Shown here: positions 25,243 to 37,295 of the stretch, piece by piece
How the letters are laid out: the number at the start of each line of letters is the position of its first letter
Numbering within the stretch: position 1 is the first letter of the stretch
Assembly: GCA_963514005.1 (NCBI GenBank)
Contig: OY740811.1
Span: 6,510,001 to 6,574,000 of the forward strand
DNA: 64,000 nucleotides
Direction of reading: 5' to 3'
Origin: Raja brachyura
Lineage: Eukaryota
Translations under genes and position numbers: made by a program
The notes under the pieces: model-generated
Told to the model about the DNA's origin: nothing
Databases searched by the model: none
What the model saw: the letters and a program-made list of their open reading frames with translations, nothing else

Positions 25243-27603
25243 ATGTATTCTGTAAATGGGCTGGATGGTTTGGAGTTTGTAAAATGTGTGCAGGATAGTT
25301 TTTTGCAGCAATACATAGAGGTGCCTACTAGAGGAGGGGCAGTGCTGGACCTCCTGTTAGGAAATGAGACGGGACAGGTGGCGGAGGTATGCGTAGGGGA
25401 GCACTTCGGGTCCAGTGATCACAATACCATTAGTTTCAATATAGTTATGGAGAAGGACAGAACTGGGCCTAGGGTTGAGATTTTTGTTTGGAGAAAGGCT
25501 AACTTTAACGAGATGCGAGATGATTTAAAAGGAGTGAACTGGGACATTTTGTTTTATGGGAAAGATGTAGAGGAGAAATGGAGGACATTTAAAGGGGAAA
25601 TTTTAAGAGTACAGAATCTTTATGTTCCTGTTCGGTTGAAAGGAACCAGTAAAAATTGGAAAGAGCCCTGGTTTTCAAGGAAAATTGGACATCTTGTTCG
25701 GAAAAAGAGGGAGATCTACAATAATTATAGGCAGCATGAAGTAAATGAGGTGCTTGAGGAGTATAAGGAATGTAAAAAGAATCTAAAGAAAGAAATTAGA
25801 AAAGCTAAAAGAAGATATGAGGTTGCTTTGGCAAGTAAGGTGAAAGTAAATCCAAAGGGTTTCTACAGCTATGTTAATAGCAAAAGGATAACAAGGGATA
25901 AAATTGGTCCATTGGAGAGACCGAGTGGACAGCTATCTGCAGAGCCAAAAGAGATGGGGGAGATATTGAACAATTTCTTTTCTTCGGTATTCACCAAGGA
26001 GAAGGATATTGAATTATGTGAGGTAAGGGAAACTAGTAGAGTAGCTATGGATGCTATGAGTTTCAAAGTAAAAGAAGCACTGGCACTTTTGAAAAATATA
26101 AAAGTGGATAAGTCTCCAGGTCCTGACAGGATATTCCCTAGGACATTGAGGGAAGTTAGTGTAGAAATAGCCGGGGCTATGACAGAAATATTTCAAATGC
26201 CATTAGCAACTGGAATAGTCCCCGAGGATTGGCGTACTGCGCATGTTGTTCCATTGTTTAAAAAGGGTTCTAAAAGTAAACCTAGCAATTATAGACCGGT
26301 TAGTTTGACTTCAGTGGTGGGCAAATTAATGGAAAAGATACTTATAGATAATATATATAAGTATATGGATAAAGAGGATCTAATTAGGAACAGTCAACAT
26401 GGATTTATGCCTGGAAGGTCATGTTTGACTAATCTTCTTGAATTTTTTGAAGAGGTTACTAGGGAAATTGACGAGGGTAAAGCAGTGGATGTTGTCTATA
26501 TGGACTTCAGTAAGGCCTTTGACAAGGTTCCTCATGGAAGGTTGGTTAAGAAGGTTCAACTGTTGGGTATAAATGCAGGAATAGCAAGATGGATTCAACA
26601 GTGGCTGAATGGGAGAAGCCAGAGGGTAATGGTGGATGGCTGTTTGTCGGGTTGGAGGCAGGTGACTAGTGGGGTGCCTCAGGGATCTGTGTTGGGTCCT
26701 TTGTTGTTTGTCATGTACATCAATGATCTGGATGAAGGGGTGGTAAATTGGATTAGTAAGTATGCAGATGATACCAAGATAGGGGGTGTTGTGGATAATG
26801 AAGAGGATTTCCAAAGTCTACAGAGTGATTTAGGCCAGTTGGAAAAATGGGCTGAAAGATGGCAGATGGAGTTTAATGCTGATAAATGTGAGGTGCTACA
26901 CCTTGGCAGGACAAATCAAAATAGGACGTACATGGTAAACGGTAGGGAATTGAAGAATACAGTTGAACAGAGGGATCTGGGAATAACCGTGCATAGTTCC
27001 TTGAAGGTAGAATCTCATATAGATAGGGTGGTAAAGAAAGCTTTTGGTATGCTAGCCTTTATAAATCAGAGCATTGAGTATAGAAGCTGGGATGTAATGT
27101 TAAAATTGTACAAGGCGTTGGTGAGACCAAATCTGGAGTATGGTGTACAATTTTGGTCGCCCAATTACAGGAAGGATGTCAACAAAATAGAGAGGGTACA
27201 GAGGAGATTTACTAGAATGTTGCCTGTTTTTCAACAGCTAAGTTACAGAGATAGGTTGAATAAGTTAGGTCTTTATTCTCTGGAGCGCAGAAGGTTAAGG
27301 GGGGACTTGATAGAGGTCTTTAAAATGCTGACAGCGATAGACAGAGTTAATGTGGACAAGCTTTTCCCTTTGAGAATAGGGAAGATTCAAACAAGAGGAC
27401 ATGACTTTAGAATTAAGGGACAGAGGTTTAGGGGTAACATGAGGGGGAACTTCTTTACTCAGAGAGTGGTAGCGGTGTGGAATGAGCTTCCAGTGGAAGT
27501 GGTGGCGGCAGGTTCGTTGGTATCATTTAAAAATAAATTGGATAGGCATATGGATGAGAAGGGTATGGAGGGTTATGGTATGAGTGCAGGCAGGTGGGAC
27601 TAA
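25243..27603 (+). CDS. CR1 ORF2 (C-terminal half of APE endonuclease plus complete RT), uninterrupted 786 aa
   Basis: LDLLL and SDH endonuclease motifs, KSPGPD, NYRPVSLTS, DFSKAFDKV, GVPQGSVLGP and YADD. The ATG comes from flanking ERV sequence, so the start is not native. Confidence 0.9.
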   Translation: MYSVNGLDGLEFVKCVQDSFLQQYIEVPTRGGAVLDLLLGNETGQVAEVCVGEHFGSSDHNTISFNIVMEKDRTGPRVEIFVWRKANFNEMRDDLKGVNWDILFYGKDVEEKWRTFKGEILRVQNLYVPVRLKGTSKNWKEPWFSRKIGHLVRKKREIYNNYRQHEVNEVLEEYKECKKNLKKEIRKAKRRYEVALASKVKVNPKGFYSYVNSKRITRDKIGPLERPSGQLSAEPKEMGEILNNFFSSVFTKEKDIELCEVRETSRVAMDAMSFKVKEALALLKNIKVDKSPGPDRIFPRTLREVSVEIAGAMTEIFQMPLATGIVPEDWRTAHVVPLFKKGSKSKPSNYRPVSLTSVVGKLMEKILIDNIYKYMDKEDLIRNSQHGFMPGRSCLTNLLEFFEEVTREIDEGKAVDVVYMDFSKAFDKVPHGRLVKKVQLLGINAGIARWIQQWLNGRSQRVMVDGCLSGWRQVTSGVPQGSVLGPLLFVMYINDLDEGVVNWISKYADDTKIGGVVDNEEDFQSLQSDLGQLEKWAERWQMEFNADKCEVLHLGRTNQNRTYMVNGRELKNTVEQRDLGITVHSSLKVESHIDRVVKKAFGMLAFINQSIEYRSWDVMLKLYKALVRPNLEYGVQFWSPNYRKDVNKIERVQRRFTRMLPVFQQLSYRDRLNKLGLYSLERRRLRGDLIEVFKMLTAIDRVNVDKLFPLRIGKIQTRGHDFRIKGQRFRGNMRGNFFTQRVVAVWNELPVEVVAAGSLVSFKNKLDRHMDEKGMEGYGMSAGRWD

Positions 27604-27700
27604 GGGAAAAAAGTTGTTCGGCATGGACTTGAAGGGCCGAGATGGCCTGTTTCCGTGCTGTAGTTGTTATATGGTTATATGGTTATTTGTTATATGGTTA
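25251..27700 (+). mobile_element. CR1-clade LINE, 5'-truncated and young, inserted in the ERV integrase
   Basis: TSD TATTC at 25246-25250 and 27701-27705. (ATATGGTT)n-like tail and CR1 3' UTR motif GGGCCGA..GGCCTGTTTCC. Confidence 0.95.
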
Positions 27701-28654
27701 TATTCAGCAGGTGGATCGGTGCATACCCAACCCTTGACAATAAAGCGGCTACTGCTGTCAAGATGAGAGAAATTGTCCCTAGATTCGGTATTCCCATTCG
27801 ATTTAGCTCAGATAACGGTCCGCACTTTATTGGACAAATCGATAAAGTTGGGGATCCAGCAGCAATTACACTGTGCTTATCGACCATAGGCTGCCGGACT
27901 TGTAGAAAGGGCAAACCAGACGCTGAAAACCAAATTAGCCAAATTAAAGGCGGAGACTGGACTTGGATGGATTAAATTACTCCCAATAGCCCTATTTCAG
28001 ATGAGAGTCATGCCTGCAGGAAAATCTAGATCAAGCCCAGCTGAAATTATTTACGGTAGACCCCTAAATACCCCTTGGATCCAGATTGCAATGAAAATAG
28101 CTAAATTCCACAACATGACTGCAGAGATGACCGACTATATCTTAGCCTTGACAAGAGCCTTAAGTGATTTAAGCCTATGAGGATATGCCTATGAGGATAT
28201 GCTTTCACTAGTAACTCCCATTAAAGTAAAACCTGGAGACTATGTCTTAGTGAAGAATTGGGTGAGGAAAGGATCAGAAGTTCATTGGGAAGGACCATAC
28301 CAAGTTCTTTTAATGACTCCAACCGCAGTAAAGGTGGAAGGAAGGAATGCCATTGTAAAAGTATTAGTGAAGGTATCAGTAGTTAACTTGTTTTCTCCCA
28401 GGTTTTCTTAGGAATTCTAATCAAGGAACAATGGAGTATCAAGGCAGATGGAGGGAATTCGCGTCCACGAAATCTCAGGAGGCGAACACTCCTCAGACAG
28501 AACTTGTGAAGTTATGCCCATGAAAACTCGGGATGCTTGACAAGATTCTGAGAAGCTACATCAACATCTTCTTGTTAGAACATTGTTAAAGCATAGCAGT
28601 CATCATTGTATTCTGGAGTTATTATTTACGATGAGGGTTTTTTGGCTAAATTAA

Positions 28655-29439
28655 TGTTAATATTGGCTAAATTAAAGACACAATAAAATGGAGGAACCCT
28701 GCACTTGTCAGAATTGCTTAACCCTTGTCAGCTGAATCTTACAGGCTTTGATTGGCACCAGCCAGTCTAGGCTCAGACTGATATGCAGGATGGTAAGGGG
28801 TCCAGGTGTTCTCCATGTTTCTCTTAAATTGATAACATGTACAGCAGTTTTGCAAACTAACCTTAAATGCATCATTTCTATTGGATCGCTGCAAAAGCCT
28901 TATAAATAGTATAAATAATGTTGCAAGATGATCATCCTGTTAATTGATGATTGGTCGAACTGTTGAGCCTTGGAGAAATTGTTTGATTCCCAGGGCACAT
29001 GTTTCAATGTTTGTTCTTGGTTGCTTCCTTTGAGAGCTTTCGTTCTTATACAATGTATGAGCTGTTGAATTATTCGGTTAGCGGAATGCCTGTTATGTAT
29101 GGGGTTAATCAATATCTGTAATTGCATTATTAAGAGACCACCCCATGTGGTTTGGCCCTACGAGGTCCCGCGACATATAAAGGTCCGCAATCACGGGGCT
29201 CAGCATCGATCTTCTGGGAGAGCGTTTAGGACTGAGTGAACTTCTGGAGTGTCTCTGTCTGAGCGAGGCTTAGAGGGCTTGAACAGGCAGACACGAGGAT
29301 CGAACCCACGGTGGGATAAGTACAGTAGTTGAACTGTGACGCACTTTTAGTAAAATAAAATTTAGTTGTTTTAAGTGCTTGACTCAGAGTTTTTACTGAA
29401 ACTAGACTGGGGGGATAGCTTAGAAACGAGCAATTACCA
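28655..29439 (+). repeat. 3' LTR (785 bp)
   Basis: Homologous to the 5' LTR with two extra segments of about 30 bp. AATAAA at 29354-29359. Ends in CA followed by the CCTC TSD. Confidence 0.95.
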
Positions 29440-30292
29440 CCTCCAGCACTTTGTTTTCTGCTGATGGTTCCAGCATCTGCAGTGTCTTGTGTCTCCATTT
29501 GTTATCCTTATACAGTTTAAACCTATGACAGATTATTTTGTGCTTGTCAATTTCCAAAGTGACTTTTACACAGAGGGTGGGGAGTGCCTGGAACGTGCTG
29601 CTGGGGTGGTGGTTGATAGTGGCATTTAAGGAGCCTTTTGGAATGGCATTTGGATAAAGAGGGAATGGAGGAGATTTAAGTGAAACATGGAGAATATTTT
29701 TTAATAACTTACTTCCTTTTATTCTTTGTCTCCTGTATCATTTTCAGCGTAAAAGACTAGGATTTGGATTATGTACAGGCAGATAAGAGTTGATCTTAGC
29801 ATCATGTTTGGCACAGACAATGTGGGCTATAGGGTTTGTTCTTGTGTCGTACTGTTCTATGTTCGAAGTGGTTCGCAAGTTCCCAATGGAAATTGCGTAA
29901 TAACCAATTTGGTCCGCTGCAATGCAAATAATGTTCCCTATTTCATCATGTGCATTATATCCAATTCGTGTTAAGTAAATTTGCTTGTAGCAAAATGTCC
30001 CAATGTCATGGCCACTGCCGGCAACCCAAAATTGTTATATAATATCCCCGACTGGAAAAAATACATGCAGCAACATGAAGTAAGCGTGAGATCAGCTCAA
30101 CAATAAAGAAAAACGGCAATGGACCAGAATTCGCCATTTTGCTTCACATACGGTATTGGGGGAAAACAGGTAGTAACATTAGAATGGTGATTGTGCAAAG
30201 AGCTGTGCCTTAAATGTGGAAAGATAGAAAGGAAGATAAAGATGCAAAGAATGTCGAGGAAGTATTGCAAATAACAAATACTTATTAACTAT

Positions 30293-30960
30293 AAAAGGAA
30301 GTGGGGATTTAAAAAGCGCAACTATAGGTGCAAAGGTTTATTGTCTGCTGTCACAAAAATATTTGCTCAGGATTCTATATTCAGTAGTTCTTAAATTACA
30401 GACCTGTATCTCAATCGATGGCAAACCTCACACCCCCCCCTCCCCCCTCTTCACCCCTCCCCACATGCCCCCAAAATGTTACCAATGTGACAACTGTTTC
30501 CCAATGTAGTCTGTACTAAAGGGTTGCAGCGCTAAGGCATTTATTTTTAAATCCAAATTTGCCCGAGTTTCATTGGCAGCCCTCTTTAAAATGTTTGGGA
30601 CAAGGGAATGGAAAATAGTGGTGAAAATATTACCAGGTAAAAAGGTAAATATTACTGGGTAAACAAAAGAAAAAGGAAATGAGCAGCATGACAAACCTCA
30701 TCTTGGCTAATGCCATCCTGAGGTCATTTCTGCAGACCTGTACGTTAGTTGATGAAGGATTAGCAATTGACCCATTGGTAACATTTTGGGGGCAGGTTTG
30801 GGGGAGGGGTGGGGAGGGAGGAGGTTTGCCGCAGATTGAGATACAGCTCTGTAATTTCAGAACTACTGAATGTAAAACCCTGAGCAAATCTTTTAGTGAC
30901 AGCAGGCATAAAACCTTTGCACCTATAGTTGTGCATTTTTTAATAACTTACTTCCTTTTA
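30293..30960. repeat. Long imperfect inverted repeat (arms about 200 bp, spacer about 280 bp), MITE-like
   Basis: 30293-30488 is the reverse complement of about 30773-30960, e.g. CTATAGGTGCAAAGGTTT / AAACCTTTGCACCTATAG and CCCCCAAAATGTTACCAATG / CATTGGTAACATTTTGGGGG. Confidence 0.85.
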
Positions 30961-32559
30961 TTCTTTGTCTCCTGTATCATTTTCAGCGTAAAAGACTAGC
31001 GATTTAAGAAGGCCATTAAATCAAGTGGCCCCTCATAAATCTGACAAACACATGCATATATTTAATGGCATCTGTGCACCATAAACTTTGCACATAGCTG
31101 AGAGTCTGGTTTAACGATGGGCTAACATAAAACCCCACCATACTGCAGGTTTACATGCATCTTACAGACGATTGTTAATGCTGGATTAAGGTTTGAGTAA
31201 CTGATTACTTCTTTGCTGTGGCTGTTTCAGGAAACAGACCCCTCAGCACTTTTCTAATGCAGTCATTCCAACTGGTAAGCAGTTGGATTTATGCAGATAT
31301 CTACATGTTTGGTTATAAAAAAGTCAATTTCTTATACTCTTTCACCAGTTTATTTGAGAAGCCTTTTTTTAAAAGCTAAATTTTGACAATTAAATTAAAC
31401 AGAAAGTAATTTTTAAGTGTTTGATGTTACATATTATGGATATTTTTCTGCATTTCTGTGGAAACGTAAATGTTCCCTGTTTATTGCCTCGCTACTTATT
31501 AAAAACTTGCATACAAATATGGCAAATTAAGCATGTGCAAATTTCAAACTCAATTTTTGTTTGTTATTAAATTGTCCAGGCAATATCTGGATTTTTATAC
31601 TAATCATTATTTTATTGCAAACTCTAGATTTGCTGCATTTCATATTATTCACCATTTGAAAGTGAAAGATATCTTATATACACATGTTATGTAATTATTT
31701 AAGTTTATCGTGCTAAATGAACTGTGATGTAATAACACAAATCAATAGAGTATATACAGGAACAAATCTTAAAATTAGAGGCAAAGAACATTGAAATCAG
31801 AAGATACCTTTTCACACAAAGAATACAGGAAATACAAAACTTTCTGCTTAAGTGTTAAGAAACTAAATTCATCAAGATGGAAATGGTTAGATTTTTATTT
31901 GATAATAATATTGGGTGATATGGAGCTAAGTCAGTAAATGTGAATAAAATCATCTATGATCTATTTGGATGCAAGAGGTTTTGGAGGAAAGCACTGCCTG
32001 TGTTGAATGTGAGCAGGACCATAAGCATTCAGATGCTGTGATGTTGCAATGAAAAACAGCGTTACCACATTCTGGCTTTGTGTCTCCCAGAGTATACAGG
32101 GAACAAACTAAAGTCAGTGTTTAAGACACTTCAATAACGTGTTACAACACAACGACTGCAGTTGCCGGTTAATACACAAAAGGACACAAGGTGCTGAAGT
32201 AACTCAGCAGGTCAGGCAGCATCTCTGGAGAACATGGATAGGCGACGTATTGGGATGAGAACCTTCTTCCGACTTTCGGTCCAGAACTGGGTCTGGAATC
32301 CAGGTGAGTTGACGGTCGCAGCTTACTGACAGCCAAGGACGAGCCGATGATCGCGGACCGCGCGAGTTCAGAGTGCAGGTGATAGTCAGCGATGGGGATG
32401 ACAGTATCAGGCGTGGCCTGGAAACGGCCGATGGAGATGTGTGGGCCAGCGGTGGTGGCAGAAGGTCCAGCTGGGGAAGTGGTGTGAGCCAGGTCCAGCC
32501 GCCGGTACGTCAGTCCGCTATAGCTGAAATCCATTATAAAGATGTCTGTGGAAACAAAG

Positions 32560-33240
32560 GTTTACAGTATAGAGTAAATGGAAGGGGCCTCAGGGTCTCA
32601 TGTACAAGTACATAGCTCCCTTACAATGAGAATTCAGGTGGATAGTGTAGTGTAAAAAGCATTTGATATGCTTGCCTTAATTGGCCGAGGCATTGACTAT
32701 AAGAGGTGGAGAGGTTGTAATTGTTCAAAGCTTTGGTCAGACCGCGCTTACAGTATTGTGTACATTCAGGTCACCACATTCAGGATGTGGTAGCAGTCAA
32801 TAGATGGAATGCAGAAGAAATGCACCCGAATGTTTTCTAGAGGAAGGCTGGTAGGATAGGCTGGATATGTTCTCACTGAAGTGGCTGAGGGGCGAGCTTG
32901 TAGAGGTTTATACAATTATGAAGGACATAGATGGAATGGATAGAACTTTTCTCCCAGACCAGGGCAGTCTAGAACTAGAGGGCACAAGTTTAAGATGAGA
33001 GAGGAGAAATTGAAAGATGATCTGAGGGGTAAACTTTTCACGCAAGGCAATGAACATCTGGAGACATATACAATTACAAGGTTTAAAGACCTTTGGACAC
33101 TATCCTTCTGTGTCAGAAAAACACGGAGCGATACAGCCTAATGCAGGCAATTGGAATAAGCGTGGATTTGCACTGTAGTCAACTTTGATGAGGTGCGCCG
33201 AGAGGGCCTGTTTCTGTGCCGTGAGTTCCTATGTTTCTAG
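32560..33240 (+). mobile_element. CR1 LINE 3' fragment, old
   Basis: LVRPxLxYCV, SRTRGH and the GGGCCTGTTTCTGTG tail. Confidence 0.8.
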
Positions 33241-33534
33241 GATGGCTACCACCTTCTCACCAATGACCACAGTTCAAACATACCAAAATGCACTGGCAGA
33301 AAATGCGTGGAACACTCAGCAGGTCCAGCATCATCTATGGTAGGTGAAGCAGAATTAACATTTCAACTTGAGGATCCCAGACAATTCCAGAATTTAAGCG
33401 ACCGTGAAAAGCTTCAGAGTATGCAGAGGATATAAACGATGCTTCAGTAATGGAAATTGATTCTTCCAAAATGGGACCCTACCATTCGAGATTTCCTTTC
33501 TTCCTGATGATGATGCATTGATGGATGATTGAAA

Positions 33535-33840
33535 TACAGCATGGAAACAGGCCCGCCAAGTCCACACTGATCATTAAACATTTGATCACACTCCCTCATC
33601 AGTGTTATCCCATTCCCTCATCCATCCCTTGAACATTAGGGGGCAATTTACTGTGGCCAATTAACCTACAAACCTGCAAGTCTTTGAAATGTGGGAGGAA
33701 ACTGGAGCACCTGGAGGAAACCCATGTGCTCACAGAGAGAACGTGCAAACTCCACACAGACAGCAATCAAAGTCAACATTGAACCAGGGTAACTGGCGGT
33801 GTGAGGCAGCAAATTAACCAACTGCACAAGTGTGCCGCAC
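33535..33840 (-). mobile_element. HE1-like SINE, near full length
   Basis: Reverse-complement tRNA head (GCTGCCTCACAC) through the CR1-type tail (CCTGTTTCCATGCTGTA). Confidence 0.82.
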
Positions 33841-33904
33841 AATTCTGACAGGGAAGAGCTGCCTACATTAGGCTGATTCAATCCACCTTAACACAGATGC
33901 AAGG

Positions 33905-34150
33905 AACGACACAAAATGCTGAAGTAACTTACCAGGTCAGGCAGCATCTCTGGAGAAAATGGATAGATGACGTTTCAGGTAGGGACCCTTCTTCAAACTG
34001 ATCCCGACCTTCACGATTTCAACAATCGACGATCCGATTGTCCTGATCCGAAACAGAACCCATTCATGTTCTGCTGAGATGCTGCCTGACCCGCTGAGTT
34101 ACTCCAGCATTTTGTGCCTTTCCTTAGTAAAAGCGCATCTGTGATGCTTT
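33905..34150. mobile_element. Penelope-derived inverted terminal fragment
   Basis: ACACAAAATGCTGAAGTAACT...GGCAGCATCTC pairs with GAGATGCTGCCTGACCCGCTGAGTTACTCCAGCATTTTGTG. Confidence 0.7.
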
Positions 34151-36539
34151 GTTGCAACGTTTTAACACCAATGCAAACTAGGGGTAGCAAGCTGATTCAG
34201 AGTCAAATATTGAAATGACTGCCATCTCCAGATTCTATAGCTACATTTCAAATAAATCTTAAATTCAATGAACGAATCCACTTTGAAAATGGAAATGGGT
34301 GAATCAGGACAACTGGACATTTTTGCAGTTCACTGAAAATCTCAAGATATTAGATTTCTTTCTTAGTGATGGTAAAGTTAAACGTTGGCCAAGGTTTTGC
34401 TCGGCAATTTTAAACTCTTTCGGGTGTGTGAGACTGAGAAGAATTATGGCAACTATATTGTCATATTTTTAAACTGTAGTTCTATACAGACAAGGAGTGG
34501 TGTTGAACAGAAAGGGAGGGGTTATGTAACAAAATTGATCATCAAGATGCCAGACTGAGAGTCATTCAGGCTGACGAGTGGACTGTGCATGACTGAAAGA
34601 CACAACAACTCAAACTGAGTCTCTCCACGGATGCTGCCTGGCCTGCTGAGAATTCCCAGCATCTTCTGCTATCTTTTCCGAATTCTAGAATCTGCAGTCA
34701 TTTACTTTGTATGTGGAATGGATTTGGGTGGAAATCAGTATTAATACCAGATGTTTAAACCTCTGGATAATTTCAGAACATAAGTTTTAACTAAATTAAA
34801 ATTCTTTAACTAAATTGAAATGCACATAAAAAAATTAAACACCTTGCTGAGAAAATGAGAATGCCTTGCAAATAAAGCTTCTGAAAGCAAATGGTTGGTC
34901 CTTTTTGGATTTGTCCTGAATGGTGTGATGAGCCCACTGGTCCTCTCCCTTCACCCTCATCTCCTCCCGACCTCCTGCCGTGCACCCATGACGATCTCCT
35001 CTTCTCCCTCAACCTGTCCTCTAAAACATTTGCTTGCTTCCCCTCACTGCAAACCAGTCGACGAAGAGATGATTTTTGGAATTACTAATCTTAGAAATGT
35101 AAACTCAGTCTACACATCATTTCATGAATGCCTGGACGTTCATTCCTTCGCAGAGCCAAATATCCAAAGTGCATTTCAGTGGTCCTATGCGTCACGCTCG
35201 GAGTATGAAGTCTAAAAATGACCCCAAAGATCAATAACAAGAGCATGTAGAGCAAATCCGTCATCCAGCTCCCTGTGACCACGCAACCTATGTTCCTATT
35301 TGAGAACAAACAATCCAGTTCTATATCCTTCATGAGTATATTTACTTTTTTACATATTTCATTCACATAACTAATAAGTAGATATGTATAAATAGGAGTC
35401 AGAGTTACGCCAGATAAGCAAGAATGATTCTCATGCAAATGGGTATTTAAAGTAATTTGTCATCAAATATAAATGGACACTGCAAACAGTCTGACAGGGA
35501 GTATAAATAGAGTGTAGAACACATGCAGTGATATGAAATTCTTCATTAATATAACATTGATATGCTGGATTCAAGAGATTAGGTCTCGGACAGGTTCCAA
35601 ACAGTCATGGAAAGACAGAGAGAGAGCCTACTGCAGCCTACAATCCTTTCTGGCAAACATTATTTGGTTTCATCAAAGCTTTGAGGGACGATACTGTTCA
35701 AGGAGTAAAATAAAATATAGCTAAATTTATAATCACACTGCTTGATCAATTAGAAACAACTGCAAATAGAAATAACCTCAGTTTATCTCAATTAACAGAC
35801 TCAAGTTGTAGTTATACATCCACAATATGTCGACAGACAATACAAGCAGCCAGAACAAGCCTATCTATTACTATGTAACATAAGCAGCTGTAATAGGTTC
35901 ACCTGCTTTGCAACAACAATCATGGGCACACACGCAGCATTTTAAATGTTGTCCAGCAGCCCAAAATGTTTCACCACAGCACTGTGGAAAATATAGTGAA
36001 AAACCTGAAAATATAAGCTCAAGGTAGCGTAAGTGGCCAAAAGTTTTTAAAGTGTATGTTAAAGAAGGAAAGATAGGTTAAGAGGGAATTTCTGAGCTAC
36101 AGCAGAAGGCAAGCCTGCTCGTGATAGAAATGTAAAAATAAAATTGGATGGTGAACGAGGTCAGAAATGGAAAAGAACAGAATTTCTGCTGAGTTCCAGG
36201 GCTGGAGGAGCTAAAAACAGGGGAGGGATATGAAGACCATAGTAAGAGTGGACGTCACAGTAAGTTGCTATTAGTCCCAAAAGTAGCAGACACCGGCTTT
36301 AAAGAATGCTGCCTGGGAAAATAATCATGTAGAACCATGTTTTGTGCACCATGCCATTGTTCACACTGTAAAAAGAGCAATTTGTAACTGAAAATAGGGA
36401 CCTTGCCAGACTCCAAACATTGGTGTTGATGGGTAGCAAAACACATCTGAATACTATTTTCATAATTTTTAATTGCAAATACATGTTGAGTGCTATTTGC
36501 AGTCCACCTATGCAAAAACAGGCTATCACACTGCATAGT

Positions 36540-37295
36540 GTGAATTAAAGAAGCCATGACTCGAGCTGGCGCTGAAGCAAAAAATCAATGTTGGCAGAGC
36601 TGTTAAATCCAAGGAAAAGGCACATAAATTGGCCAGAAGAAGCAGCAAACCAGGGGACTGGGAGACATTTATACATCAGCAGAGGAGTACAAAGGGGCTA
36701 ACGAATGAATAAATGAATGAATGAATATGTTTATTGGCCAAGTATTCACATACAAGGAATTTGCCTTGGTGCTCCGCCCGCAAGTAATAATAATAATAAT
36801 AATATCTTTTATTGTCATTACACATAAGTGCCACGAGATTTGGTTTGCAACTTCGAGACTTCGGTTAGCAACCCTCGAGAACAAGGTTTGTAAAAACGAA
36901 CATGACATGACAACAGATAAGAATGATACATAAAACATCAGAGGGGGAAAAAAGAGCATGAAATAAAGCTTGTGGGGAATATAAAAACTGATTATAAAAG
37001 CCTCTTTATATACGTCAAAAGGAAAAGGTTAGTGAAAACAAATGTAGGTCCCATTGTAGGTCCCAGCCCGGGACTGACATATTGTTTGTCAGTTCAGGGC
37101 TGGCGGGACTGACATATGATGGAAGAATGGGTCGACCGGGCTTGGATTCACTGGAATTTAGATGGATGAGAGGGATCTTCTAGAAACATATACAATTTTA
37201 GATAATCAGCCATGATCATATTGAATGGTGGTGCTGGCTCACAGGGCTGAATGGCCTATTCCTGCACTACTCCTGTACTGTTTCTATATTTCTAA
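36540..37295 (+). mobile_element. Fragmented CR1 LINE carrying nested minus-strand LINE 3' tails (about 36700-36950)
   Basis: CR1 ORF2 and 3' UTR pieces flank a (TGAA)n tail that matches the Rex1 3' end at 61730-61890, plus an (AAT)n tail. Confidence 0.65.

Larger units (their letters stand above)
24887..28410 (+). pseudogene. pol: ERV integrase, split by a CR1 insertion at 25251-27700
   Basis: HHCC (HYATH...CLVC), then MDYIEL...YVLVIVDVF|SRWIGAYP rejoined across the insertion, FSSDNGPHF, GLVERANQTLK, and C-terminal GDYVLVK...WEGPYQVLL. Confidence 0.92.
15415..29439 (+). mobile_element. Endogenous retrovirus (gamma/epsilon-like, class I), decayed, env-deleted provirus with two nested LINEs
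   Basis: Two homologous LTRs start TGTTAATATTGG and end CAATTA(T/C)CA. CCTC is duplicated at 15411-15414 and 29440-29443. PBS-Pro, gag, protease, RT, RNase H and integrase motifs occur in retroviral order. Removing the provirus restores a Penelope-type motif GCTGAGTTCCTCCAGCAC. Confidence 0.96.

Noticed and set aside
25243-27603. Integrase-CR1 RT fusion protein or domesticated gene
   Set aside because: ORF2 is in a different frame from integrase, upstream pol is broken, and the TSD and tail show an ordinary young insertion.
28420-28640. env gene
   Set aside because: Too short. No furin site, CX6CC motif or transmembrane segment is recognisable.
34891-35438. Host protein-coding exons (also ORFs 38674-39141 and 59541-60050)
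   Set aside because: No recognisable domain, no consistent splice-site pairs, and composition typical of random non-coding ORFs.
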